A DNA stretch of 64,000 nucleotides from a virus (Duplodnaviria; Caudoviricetes), in the IMG/VR virus record IMGVR_UViG_3300032007_000009, one strand, 5' to 3'. Position numbers and translations under genes: made by a program. Positions 56,639 through 64,000 of this stretch are shown here, in pieces (position 1 is the first letter of the stretch; every line of letters begins with the position of its first letter). A model generated the notes under the pieces. It saw only the letters and a program-made list of their open reading frames with translations, ran no database searches and was not told the DNA's origin.

Positions 56639-56661
56639 TATTTATTTTTAAATAAATAAAC

Positions 56662-57003
56662 ATGAATACTGATATGCAATCAATTGTTGATTTTATTTTA
56701 AGAGAAGAAGCTATTAAAGAAGAACTTTATATTAAGCAAACAATAATGGAAACAAAAGGTGATCCTATTGATGAACAATGGCTTAATGATGAAAAACCTG
56801 TAATGACAAAAGATGGTCGTCAAGTAATTATTACAGAAATTGATATGAAAGAAGTACCCAATATTATTCATGGTCAAGTAAAAATGAAAACAAAATTATT
56901 TGATTATGAATGGTTAGATGATGGTACATGTCAAAAAGCACTTGACCAATTAGGTAATCCAAAGAAACCTGAAGAAGCAGATAATTTAGTAAAAGCAATT
57001 TAA
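56662..57003 (+). CDS. Hypothetical protein
   Basis: KPVMTKDGRQV motif. Confidence 0.65.
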   Translation: MNTDMQSIVDFILREEAIKEELYIKQTIMETKGDPIDEQWLNDEKPVMTKDGRQVIITEIDMKEVPNIIHGQVKMKTKLFDYEWLDDGTCQKALDQLGNPKKPEEADNLVKAI

Positions 57004-57123
57004 AAAAATTAAAAAATTTTTAAAAAATTAAATATCAAATATCTATATATAATTATATAATATTAATTAACTTAATGTTTAATCCGAGTCATATGTCATT
57101 GACTCATAAAAACCAAATATATA

Positions 57124-58212
57124 ATGACAAATAATACAAATAAACAACGCTTACTTACAAACGCAGACATTAATGGTGATGTAGATTTTCCAATGTTTAA
57201 AACTGAAAAGGAAAGAATTAAGTATATTACAAAAGCTTATGGAAATATGTCACTTGCGAAAGCATTTTCTATTTATTATGGAGTAGATATTGCGCCTGAA
57301 GTTAAGCAAAATAAATCTATTAATAATGTAGTAACAATTGAACTAGGACAGATTTATTCAGGTTTTGTTAAATCATTTGATAAGAACGGAATAGTATTTG
57401 AACTTCCTGGTGTAAAAGATGAAATTATTTCTAAGGAGAATTTTAATGATTGTGCTACAGAAATTAATACTTATTTACTTTCTCATAACAATAAACTTAT
57501 GTTTGAGGTACGTGAGCATAAGAATAATCGTTATGTAGTTTCTGTTATTAATGCGTACTATAAGAATTGGTTCAATACTATATCTAAGGCTATTCAATAT
57601 GAGCAAGGAATTAAGGTTCATATCGATAGTTTGGTTAAGGGAGGATATCTTTGTCATACTGATATTACTCCTATCTGTCAGTTAACTGGTAAGAAGTATA
57701 CCCATTCTGTGTTTATTCCAGGTTCTCATATTGTATTGAATATTGAACGTGATTTTGAACAATGGATTGGTCGTGAGGTAATGATTGTACCGCAGAAGTT
57801 TGTAGAATTCCGTCGTGATTATAAAACAGGAATGACAGAGAATTCTTTAGTTGGATCTCGTAAGAAGGTTCTTCAGATTTATGGAATGAATAATATCCAT
57901 GAAATCTATAATAAGTGGGCTCTTGCTAAGGCTAATGAAAATGTAACATATGTACCTGAAATCTTTGATGGTGTTGTAACTGGTATTATAAATTCAAATA
58001 ATAAGACAGGTATTTTCATTGAACTTAATGATAAATATATAACTGGTCTTATGCCTATAGATGCATCAGATCTTTTGGATTATAAACCAGGAGATAATGT
58101 AAAAGTTAAAATATCTGAATTTGAAGTTCAGGAAGGAAAAGATCCATTTATTTATAGTAAGAAGGGGATACTTCTTAAGAGTAATGTTCGTCCTGTTTTT
58201 GAACTTGCATAA
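57124..58212 (+). CDS. Ribosomal protein bS1-like, multi-S1-domain protein
   Basis: GQIYSGFVKS, SLVKGGYL..VFIPGSHI, SRKKVL, GVVTGI..GIFIEL..ITGLM..YKPGDNVKVKI. Confidence 0.8.
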   Translation: MTNNTNKQRLLTNADINGDVDFPMFKTEKERIKYITKAYGNMSLAKAFSIYYGVDIAPEVKQNKSINNVVTIELGQIYSGFVKSFDKNGIVFELPGVKDEIISKENFNDCATEINTYLLSHNNKLMFEVREHKNNRYVVSVINAYYKNWFNTISKAIQYEQGIKVHIDSLVKGGYLCHTDITPICQLTGKKYTHSVFIPGSHIVLNIERDFEQWIGREVMIVPQKFVEFRRDYKTGMTENSLVGSRKKVLQIYGMNNIHEIYNKWALAKANENVTYVPEIFDGVVTGIINSNNKTGIFIELNDKYITGLMPIDASDLLDYKPGDNVKVKISEFEVQEGKDPFIYSKKGILLKSNVRPVFELA

Positions 58213-58227
58213 TATATATTATAATTT

Positions 58228-58350
58228 ATGACATTTGAAGATTGGAAAGAAAAAAAGAGAAAAGAAAATACTAGTGGTTATAGTATGTGGGTAAAAATAC
58301 CTGATGAATATTTACGTAGTTGTAATGAAAGTTGGGATCGTCCTTATTAA
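58228..58350 (+). CDS. Small hypothetical protein (40 aa)
   Basis: Manual translation MTFEDWKEKKRKE..WDRPY; terminator follows. Confidence 0.45.
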   Translation: MTFEDWKEKKRKENTSGYSMWVKIPDEYLRSCNESWDRPY

Positions 58351-58353
58351 CAT

Positions 58354-58386
58354 AAAAACCTGAGATTCTAGAATCTCAGGTTTTTT
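58354..58386 (+). terminator. Intrinsic terminator
   Basis: AAAAACCTGAGATTC/GAATCTCAGGTTTTT. Confidence 0.8.
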
Positions 58387-58470
58387 ATTTATTATTAAAT
58401 TTCATATAATATTATTGAAATTTTTAAAATTTATACTATATTTAAATATCAAACAAATAAATTTATAAAT

Positions 58471-58716
58471 ATGAAATTTAAAGACGTTCAAATTATTAAA
58501 AGGGGCGGTTTTTTTAGTTCTTTTAAAATAATTGCATCTTATCATGATTATTTTGATGAACAAGAAGAAATAATTAATAAGATTACTATTTTTCCACCAC
58601 ATAATGGTGATATTATTTGTATTAATGATAAAAATAAACATATAAAAAATTATCTTAAAGTTTCTTATTGTACTATTGATTATATTGAAAATAAATTAAC
58701 TATTTGGTGTCGTTAA
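58471..58716 (+). CDS. Hypothetical protein
   Basis: Downstream of promoter motif at 58415. Confidence 0.6.
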   Translation: MKFKDVQIIKRGGFFSSFKIIASYHDYFDEQEEIINKITIFPPHNGDIICINDKNKHIKNYLKVSYCTIDYIENKLTIWCR

Positions 58717-58717
58717 T

Positions 58718-58972
58718 ATGCATCCAAAATTAAAGAAATATTTAGACAAACATCCTGTTGTTGAAATTTATAGAGGGTATGAAATTCGTCAAGAGGAAGG
58801 ACACTGTTATATTGTTGATGCTGCATTTGCAATATATTCTACAACATCAACAAGTCTTAAAGCATGTTATGAATTCATTGATGAATTAGTAAATGCTAAT
58901 GTAAAACAATATGATAATGAATCGGTTTGTAGATATCTTATAGATAGAGATAATAAAAAACGTAAATATTAA
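58718..58972 (+). CDS. Hypothetical protein
   Basis: Tightly packed ORF. Confidence 0.65.
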   Translation: MHPKLKKYLDKHPVVEIYRGYEIRQEEGHCYIVDAAFAIYSTTSTSLKACYEFIDELVNANVKQYDNESVCRYLIDRDNKKRKY

Positions 58973-58976
58973 TAAT

Positions 58977-59834
58977 ATGTGTGAAGTAGGTATCAATTTT
59001 AAAAACATTAATTTGTATAATGCTGAAATGCAAAAGGGTATGGAAGATAAACTATTTTTTATTGAACGACTACCTAAGAATCAAAATTATATGTTCGTTG
59101 ATTTTGGTTGTGCTGATGGTAGTATGATTAATGCATTGGCATCTATTTATAAGGATAACCCCAATAATGTTTATATTGGTTATGATATCTCTGATGAAAT
59201 GATTAAATTATCAAAATCTAATTATCATGGACCAATATATGCCAAAGTTAAATTTACAACTAATTGGGATGATTGTAGGAAAAATGGAAGTAATTTATTT
59301 GTAAACCGTAAGAAGGTACTTATTTTATCGTCTGTGATTCACGAAGTTTATTCTTATGCAAAAGATGAGAATGATATTGTAGATTTTTGGAATAAGGTAA
59401 CTTCAGATTTTGATTACATTATTATACGAGACATGTGTCCTTCTAAGGATATTAATAGAGATGCTCGTAAAAGTTTGACAAATGCAATTGAAACAAGTTT
59501 AAAAGTAACAAATTATCAACTTAAAGATTTTTCAGAAATATGGGGTACATTTACAAATAATAAAAATGCCATTCATTTCCTACTTAAGTATCGTTGGCAA
59601 GTAAACTGGGATCGTGAGGTACATGAAAATTACTTCCCTATTTATGTTGAGGATTTAATTAAGAAAATTACTGATAAAGAGTTTTATAAAATTGATTATC
59701 TTGAAAGATTTAGAGTTCCATTTCTTGATAATTGTATCAAAGAAGATTTTGGAATTGAACTAGAGGATTATACACATATTAAAGCAATCTTTTCGAAGAA
59801 ACAACTTGCACCTGCTGATGATTATAATGATTAA
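58977..59834 (+). CDS. Class I SAM-dependent methyltransferase
   Basis: VDFGCADG, GYDISDEMI, LSSVIHEVYSY, IIIRD. Confidence 0.88.
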   Translation: MCEVGINFKNINLYNAEMQKGMEDKLFFIERLPKNQNYMFVDFGCADGSMINALASIYKDNPNNVYIGYDISDEMIKLSKSNYHGPIYAKVKFTTNWDDCRKNGSNLFVNRKKVLILSSVIHEVYSYAKDENDIVDFWNKVTSDFDYIIIRDMCPSKDINRDARKSLTNAIETSLKVTNYQLKDFSEIWGTFTNNKNAIHFLLKYRWQVNWDREVHENYFPIYVEDLIKKITDKEFYKIDYLERFRVPFLDNCIKEDFGIELEDYTHIKAIFSKKQLAPADDYND

Positions 59835-59854
59835 TTTAATAAATATTTTAATTT

Positions 59855-60196
59855 ATGGAGTTGAAGATAACACATAAGGAACTTAAACATTTTTATAGAA
59901 TCATAGAAATACAGGTATTTTATCATAAACGTAATGGTAAAATGATAGCATGTAAACCAACTATCGAGTATAAACGCGAAGTATTTGATTCTTTTGATAA
60001 AGCAGAAAATTATCTTATAGAACATTATGGGTATAATTCTTGGGTCAAGGTAAACGAAACCAGTGATTCTTATAGTTCTAAACCTTATTATGAAATAATT
60101 AACGGATATTCATGTATTCTTAGATACAAAAATAGTAATAATTATAGAATTTGTTCATATAGTATTGTTGATTATTATGAAGATATTTTAGAATAA
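59855..60196 (+). CDS. Hypothetical protein
   Basis: ORF track. Confidence 0.6.
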   Translation: MELKITHKELKHFYRIIEIQVFYHKRNGKMIACKPTIEYKREVFDSFDKAENYLIEHYGYNSWVKVNETSDSYSSKPYYEIINGYSCILRYKNSNNYRICSYSIVDYYEDILE

Positions 60197-60212
60197 TTAA
60201 TATTTAAAAATT

Positions 60213-60689
60213 ATGATAATTGGAAATTTTGCACTTAAAACTGTACCTAATGGTAGAATAGGTAGTACAGGTAGACCATTACATGATTATGTTTTGGTTC
60301 ATAATGAATTTGAAAAATATTGTGAATATGAATCAAAATATTATTTTATTGAAGCTCCTCAAAAAGAGAATGGAATCTATAGAATAGTATGTGGGTATGT
60401 AAGTTTTAGTTCTGAACTTGGAAATATTGGTGTTACTGGAGAATATATAAAAAATAAAAGATATACTTCAAAATGGCTTCAAAATTTTGTTCCATATTAT
60501 GGAGATAAAATTTCCAATAATTATTTTAAAGTTGATTGGAAAAATAATGTAGCTATATTTGAAACATTAAATGAAGCTCAGGAAGTATGTAATTTATTTA
60601 ATAAACAACTTAAAGAAAAAAGAAAAGCTGATAAACACAAAAAAGATTTAGCGGAATATGAACGTCTAAAAAATAAACTTGGATTGTAA
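60213..60689 (+). CDS. Hypothetical protein
   Basis: ORF track, EYERLKNKL tail. Confidence 0.65.
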   Translation: MIIGNFALKTVPNGRIGSTGRPLHDYVLVHNEFEKYCEYESKYYFIEAPQKENGIYRIVCGYVSFSSELGNIGVTGEYIKNKRYTSKWLQNFVPYYGDKISNNYFKVDWKNNVAIFETLNEAQEVCNLFNKQLKEKRKADKHKKDLAEYERLKNKLGL

Positions 60690-60768
60690 AATATTTTTTC
60701 TATAATATTTAAATAGTTATTAGAAATTACTATATTATATAACATAATTATTATTAATAAATAAAAAT

Positions 60769-61695
60769 ATGAAGGTATCAATTATTGGAGCAGGTAACGT
60801 CGGAGCAACCGCAGCAATGAAAATCGCAGCCGAAAATTTTGTAAATGAAGTAGTTTTGCTTGATATCAAGGAAGGTGTTGCAGAGGGCAAGACCATGGAT
60901 ATTATGCAGTCATTGATGATGACTGATTCCAATACAATCGTTATCGGAACCACAGGCGATTATTCAAAGACTGCAAATTCAGATGTTATTGTTATTACTT
61001 CAGGTGTTCCTCGTAAGCCGGGTATGACACGAGAGGAGCTTGTTGGTGTCAACTCAAAGGTAATGACAATGGTTCTTGATGGTGCAACTAAGTATTCTCC
61101 TGATGCAATTTTCGTAGTTGTTTCAAATCCTATGGATACAATGACTATGATGACTGTCAATTATCTTGGTAATGAGAATTGGCGTAAGGTTATCGGTATG
61201 GGTGGTATGTTAGACTCAGCTCGATTTGAATATAATATCCGTATGAAACTCTATGCCCATTATGGATTTGGTAAATATGATATTGGTGCAAAGGTAATTG
61301 GTGGTCATGGCGATACTACAATGGTTCCTCTTGTTGAGAAGGCAACTGTTAATGGTAAACCTCTTACAAGTTTCTTTACTGATGAGGAGATTGCCGATAT
61401 TGCTGAGAAGACAATGAAGGGTGGAGCTATTCTTACAAAGATGCTTGGGACATCTGCTTGGGAAGCTCCTGCACAGGGTATCTGTGAAACAGTAAAGATG
61501 ATTGTATTTGATAAGAATATTCTTGTTGCTTCTTCGGTTTACCGTGAGGAATATGACCTCTGTATTGGTTCTTTGGTTAAAATTGGAAAGGATGGTATTA
61601 ATAATGTATTTATTCCTGTTGAACTTTCAGATGAAACAAAAAATAAGTATAACGCATCCGTTGAAGCTGTTAGGAATGTAAATTCCGCACTTTAA
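60769..61695 (+). CDS. mdh: Malate dehydrogenase (LDH-like)
   Basis: IIGAGNVG, GVPRKPGMTREEL, VSNPMD, LDSARF, IGGHGDTTMVP. Confidence 0.95.
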   Translation: MKVSIIGAGNVGATAAMKIAAENFVNEVVLLDIKEGVAEGKTMDIMQSLMMTDSNTIVIGTTGDYSKTANSDVIVITSGVPRKPGMTREELVGVNSKVMTMVLDGATKYSPDAIFVVVSNPMDTMTMMTVNYLGNENWRKVIGMGGMLDSARFEYNIRMKLYAHYGFGKYDIGAKVIGGHGDTTMVPLVEKATVNGKPLTSFFTDEEIADIAEKTMKGGAILTKMLGTSAWEAPAQGICETVKMIVFDKNILVASSVYREEYDLCIGSLVKIGKDGINNVFIPVELSDETKNKYNASVEAVRNVNSAL

Positions 61696-61768
61696 CACAG
61701 TTTTATTGATTACACTGAAGCAGGGGCGTTGTGAAACACTCCTGCTTATTTTTAAATTATATAATAAT

Positions 61769-62059
61769 ATGAATCAAATTATATTAGAACAAACTTGTGA
61801 AGTATGTCCAGAACAATATTGGGCATATAAAGGAAAACATCGAATTGGTTATATCAGATTGAGATGGGGTCATTTTACATGTCATTATTTACCGACAGAA
61901 AATTTATCAGATAATGATATTAAATTAGTTGACCACATATTTGAAAATGACGAATATAAAGGATGTTTTGATAATGATGAAGAGAGAAATTATTGGTTGG
62001 AGAAATCCAAACAAGAATTACTTAATTACTATAACAAAAATAAATATATTACATTTTAA
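61769..62059 (+). CDS. Hypothetical protein
   Basis: Likely start MNQIILEQTCEVCPEQY; GYIRLRWGH. Confidence 0.65.
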   Translation: MNQIILEQTCEVCPEQYWAYKGKHRIGYIRLRWGHFTCHYLPTENLSDNDIKLVDHIFENDEYKGCFDNDEERNYWLEKSKQELLNYYNKNKYITF

Positions 62060-62104
62060 TTGTAATGTAAGACATTTACAAATAAATAATTAAAATTTTA
62101 AGTT

Positions 62105-62578
62105 ATGATAGGAACAGTTACTTTTAAGAAATTCACGGGTGAAAAATTGCCAAGTATTTCTGATTACATTAAGACATACTGTGCTGAACATAAGGAGTTT
62201 CCTATCGAGATCATAGTTGGTACAGACTCACAAAATAAAAGGTCAGTAACAACTTACTCAACAGTTGTTGTATTGTACACACCAGGCCACGGTGGCCACT
62301 GTGTTTTCAAGCGTTGGAATACTCCTAAAGAAACAGTACGTCAAGTTAGACTTCTTAAAGAAGTTGAAGAGTCAATTAACACAGCCAATGAATTGGTTGA
62401 AGCGGGTTGTCCAAAACCAAAATATATTGACCTTGACTTAAATCCTAATGCAAAATATGCATCTAATGATGTATTTCAATCTGCAAAAGGATGGGTTGAA
62501 TCTTGCGGTTATGCAGTACGTTTTAAGAGCTTAGGACCACTTGTAACATCAGCAGCAGACTGGCTTGTTAAAGCATAA
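62105..62578 (+). CDS. RNase H-like YkuK (DUF458) family protein
   Basis: IIVGTDSQ..GHGG..RLLKEVEES..IDLDLN..SAAD. Confidence 0.85.
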   Translation: MIGTVTFKKFTGEKLPSISDYIKTYCAEHKEFPIEIIVGTDSQNKRSVTTYSTVVVLYTPGHGGHCVFKRWNTPKETVRQVRLLKEVEESINTANELVEAGCPKPKYIDLDLNPNAKYASNDVFQSAKGWVESCGYAVRFKSLGPLVTSAADWLVKA

Positions 62579-62724
62579 ATAGAGGTACTTCTGTACCTCT
62601 TTATTTTTTTATTTAAATTTTTCATATAATGTAATTTTAGAAAATTAGCATAATTTTTCTAATAATATTTAAATTTTATTTTTTATATACTATATTATAT
62701 CTGTAATTTAAAATTAAATAATAT

Positions 62725-63444
62725 ATGTTAGTTACATTAAATTGGATCTCAGAAAACTACAACAAATACAATAAACTTTGTTGGAATGGACAACTTCCTA
62801 ATATTGTTTTTAAGATTTCTCGTTCAAAGAAAACTTGGGGATATGCTTCATTTAAGTATGATTATCCAAACAATACAATTATTCCTGAGATGATTACAAT
62901 GTCTAACTACTATGATTCTCCCGAGGAAGTTAAATTGAATACCCTTCTTCATGAGATGATTCATATCGCAGATTACACATTTCATCCAGAGCACTTCATT
63001 CAGAATAACAAAAGAGTATCTGGTCATTACTATGACGCTCATGGTTATTGGTTCAAAAAAGAATGCAATCGTTTGAAGAAATTTGGTTTTAATGTAACAA
63101 ATAAAGTTGAGAATTCTGAGATTAAGGTTTCAAGAATGTCAGATAAAGCAAAGATTGCAGAAATGCACAAAGTTAATAATGCTCTTATCTGTGTAGTTTA
63201 CGGTACAAATTGTAATTTCTATTTTAAGACAGATATTTATAAAGTAAATTATCTTAAGAAAGAGTTAAAGAATTATACTTGGTATAAGATTGGTGATATC
63301 CGTAAGATTAAGTTCTATACTTTTAAAGATGAGAAATATGCAACTATGAGATCTTGTGGAAAACGAGTTCGCGGGTGGCATGCAGATAATAAGAGAACAA
63401 TGAATTTTCTCGAGAAAATTAATGCAACAGATTATATTTGTTAA
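62725..63444 (+). CDS. SprT-like zinc metalloprotease
   Basis: TLLHEMIH..HGYWFK. Confidence 0.85.
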   Translation: MLVTLNWISENYNKYNKLCWNGQLPNIVFKISRSKKTWGYASFKYDYPNNTIIPEMITMSNYYDSPEEVKLNTLLHEMIHIADYTFHPEHFIQNNKRVSGHYYDAHGYWFKKECNRLKKFGFNVTNKVENSEIKVSRMSDKAKIAEMHKVNNALICVVYGTNCNFYFKTDIYKVNYLKKELKNYTWYKIGDIRKIKFYTFKDEKYATMRSCGKRVRGWHADNKRTMNFLEKINATDYIC

Positions 63445-63474
63445 ATTTGAATAAAAAAATTAAAGATAAATAAT

Positions 63475-63891
63475 ATGAAACATTATAGAATTATAGAAAC
63501 AGGAGAAGGTTTTACTGTTCAAGATAGATTTCTTTGGTTCTTTTGGTTTGATTGTTCAGAACCATATTTTATATATGATGGTTGTGATCTTGTTAAAAGA
63601 GATTCCCAATGTTGGTTATATGACACTCTTAGTGAAGCAAAAGGAGCAATTGAAAGAATGAAACATATGTTCTATGATTATAAAGGACATACAATTATTT
63701 ATTATATGGATTACAATCTAGAAAAACATTTTGTAGATTTGGATTCATCATATAAAGATTATAAAGGAGATAAAAAATATAAAATTTTTGGAGATACACT
63801 TGATGATGTTAAACAAAAAATTACATACGCCGAATGGGATAAATCAGTAAAAAGAGATAAAAAGAAAACTAAGAATATATATTACGTATGA
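63475..63891 (+). CDS. Hypothetical protein
   Basis: ORF track. Confidence 0.65.
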   Translation: MKHYRIIETGEGFTVQDRFLWFFWFDCSEPYFIYDGCDLVKRDSQCWLYDTLSEAKGAIERMKHMFYDYKGHTIIYYMDYNLEKHFVDLDSSYKDYKGDKKYKIFGDTLDDVKQKITYAEWDKSVKRDKKKTKNIYYV

Positions 63892-64000
63892 AAGAATATA
63901 AGAAACCAATGACAGTTAAAGATTTAAGAGATTATCTTGATGAACTTATATCTAAAAGAAAATCTATTGGGCACATGACTATAGGTTTTTGGGTACCTGA
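63888..64000 (+). CDS. Hypothetical protein, truncated by window end
   Basis: ATGA overlap; MKEYKKPMTVKDLRDYL... Confidence 0.55.
   Translation, partial: MKEYKKPMTVKDLRDYLDELISKRKSIGHMTIGFWVP

Overview
Very AT-rich segment of a jumbo/mega-phage with T4-like virion genes. It resembles Lak-type phages, and a Bacteroidota/Prevotella host is inferred from gene content (LruC/DUF4842 lipoprotein, BspA LRR, host-like small peptides). 1-8.1 kb is a dense + strand RNA operon: about 28 tRNA genes, about 8 aberrant tRNA-like RNAs, a short tmRNA-like RNA, a probable amber suppressor tRNA(CUA), several structured ncRNAs and one homing endonuclease. The main unexplained system: tRNAs act as scaffolds carrying structured inserts in the D-loop. 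Two inserts are circularly permuted copies of a covarying Y-RNA-like module (TGTA-helix-TACTTCA) that also occurs free-standing 2-3 times, and a circularly permuted YrlA-like tRNA mimic lies in the same array. Just downstream are an amber-containing leader peptide and a Pth2-like gene split by an in-frame TAG (missed by the ORF track), while the long structural genes contain no in-frame TAG. This suggests amber readthrough used as a switch rather than genome-wide recoding. The window also encodes SmpB, an ArfA-like peptide, a bS1-like protein, a YqeY-like protein, terminase, portal, baseplate/tail genes, a MoxR AAA + VWA pair, GT2, DnaQ-like exonuclease, malate dehydrogenase, YkuK and SprT. 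All RNA structures were folded by eye; no searches were run.
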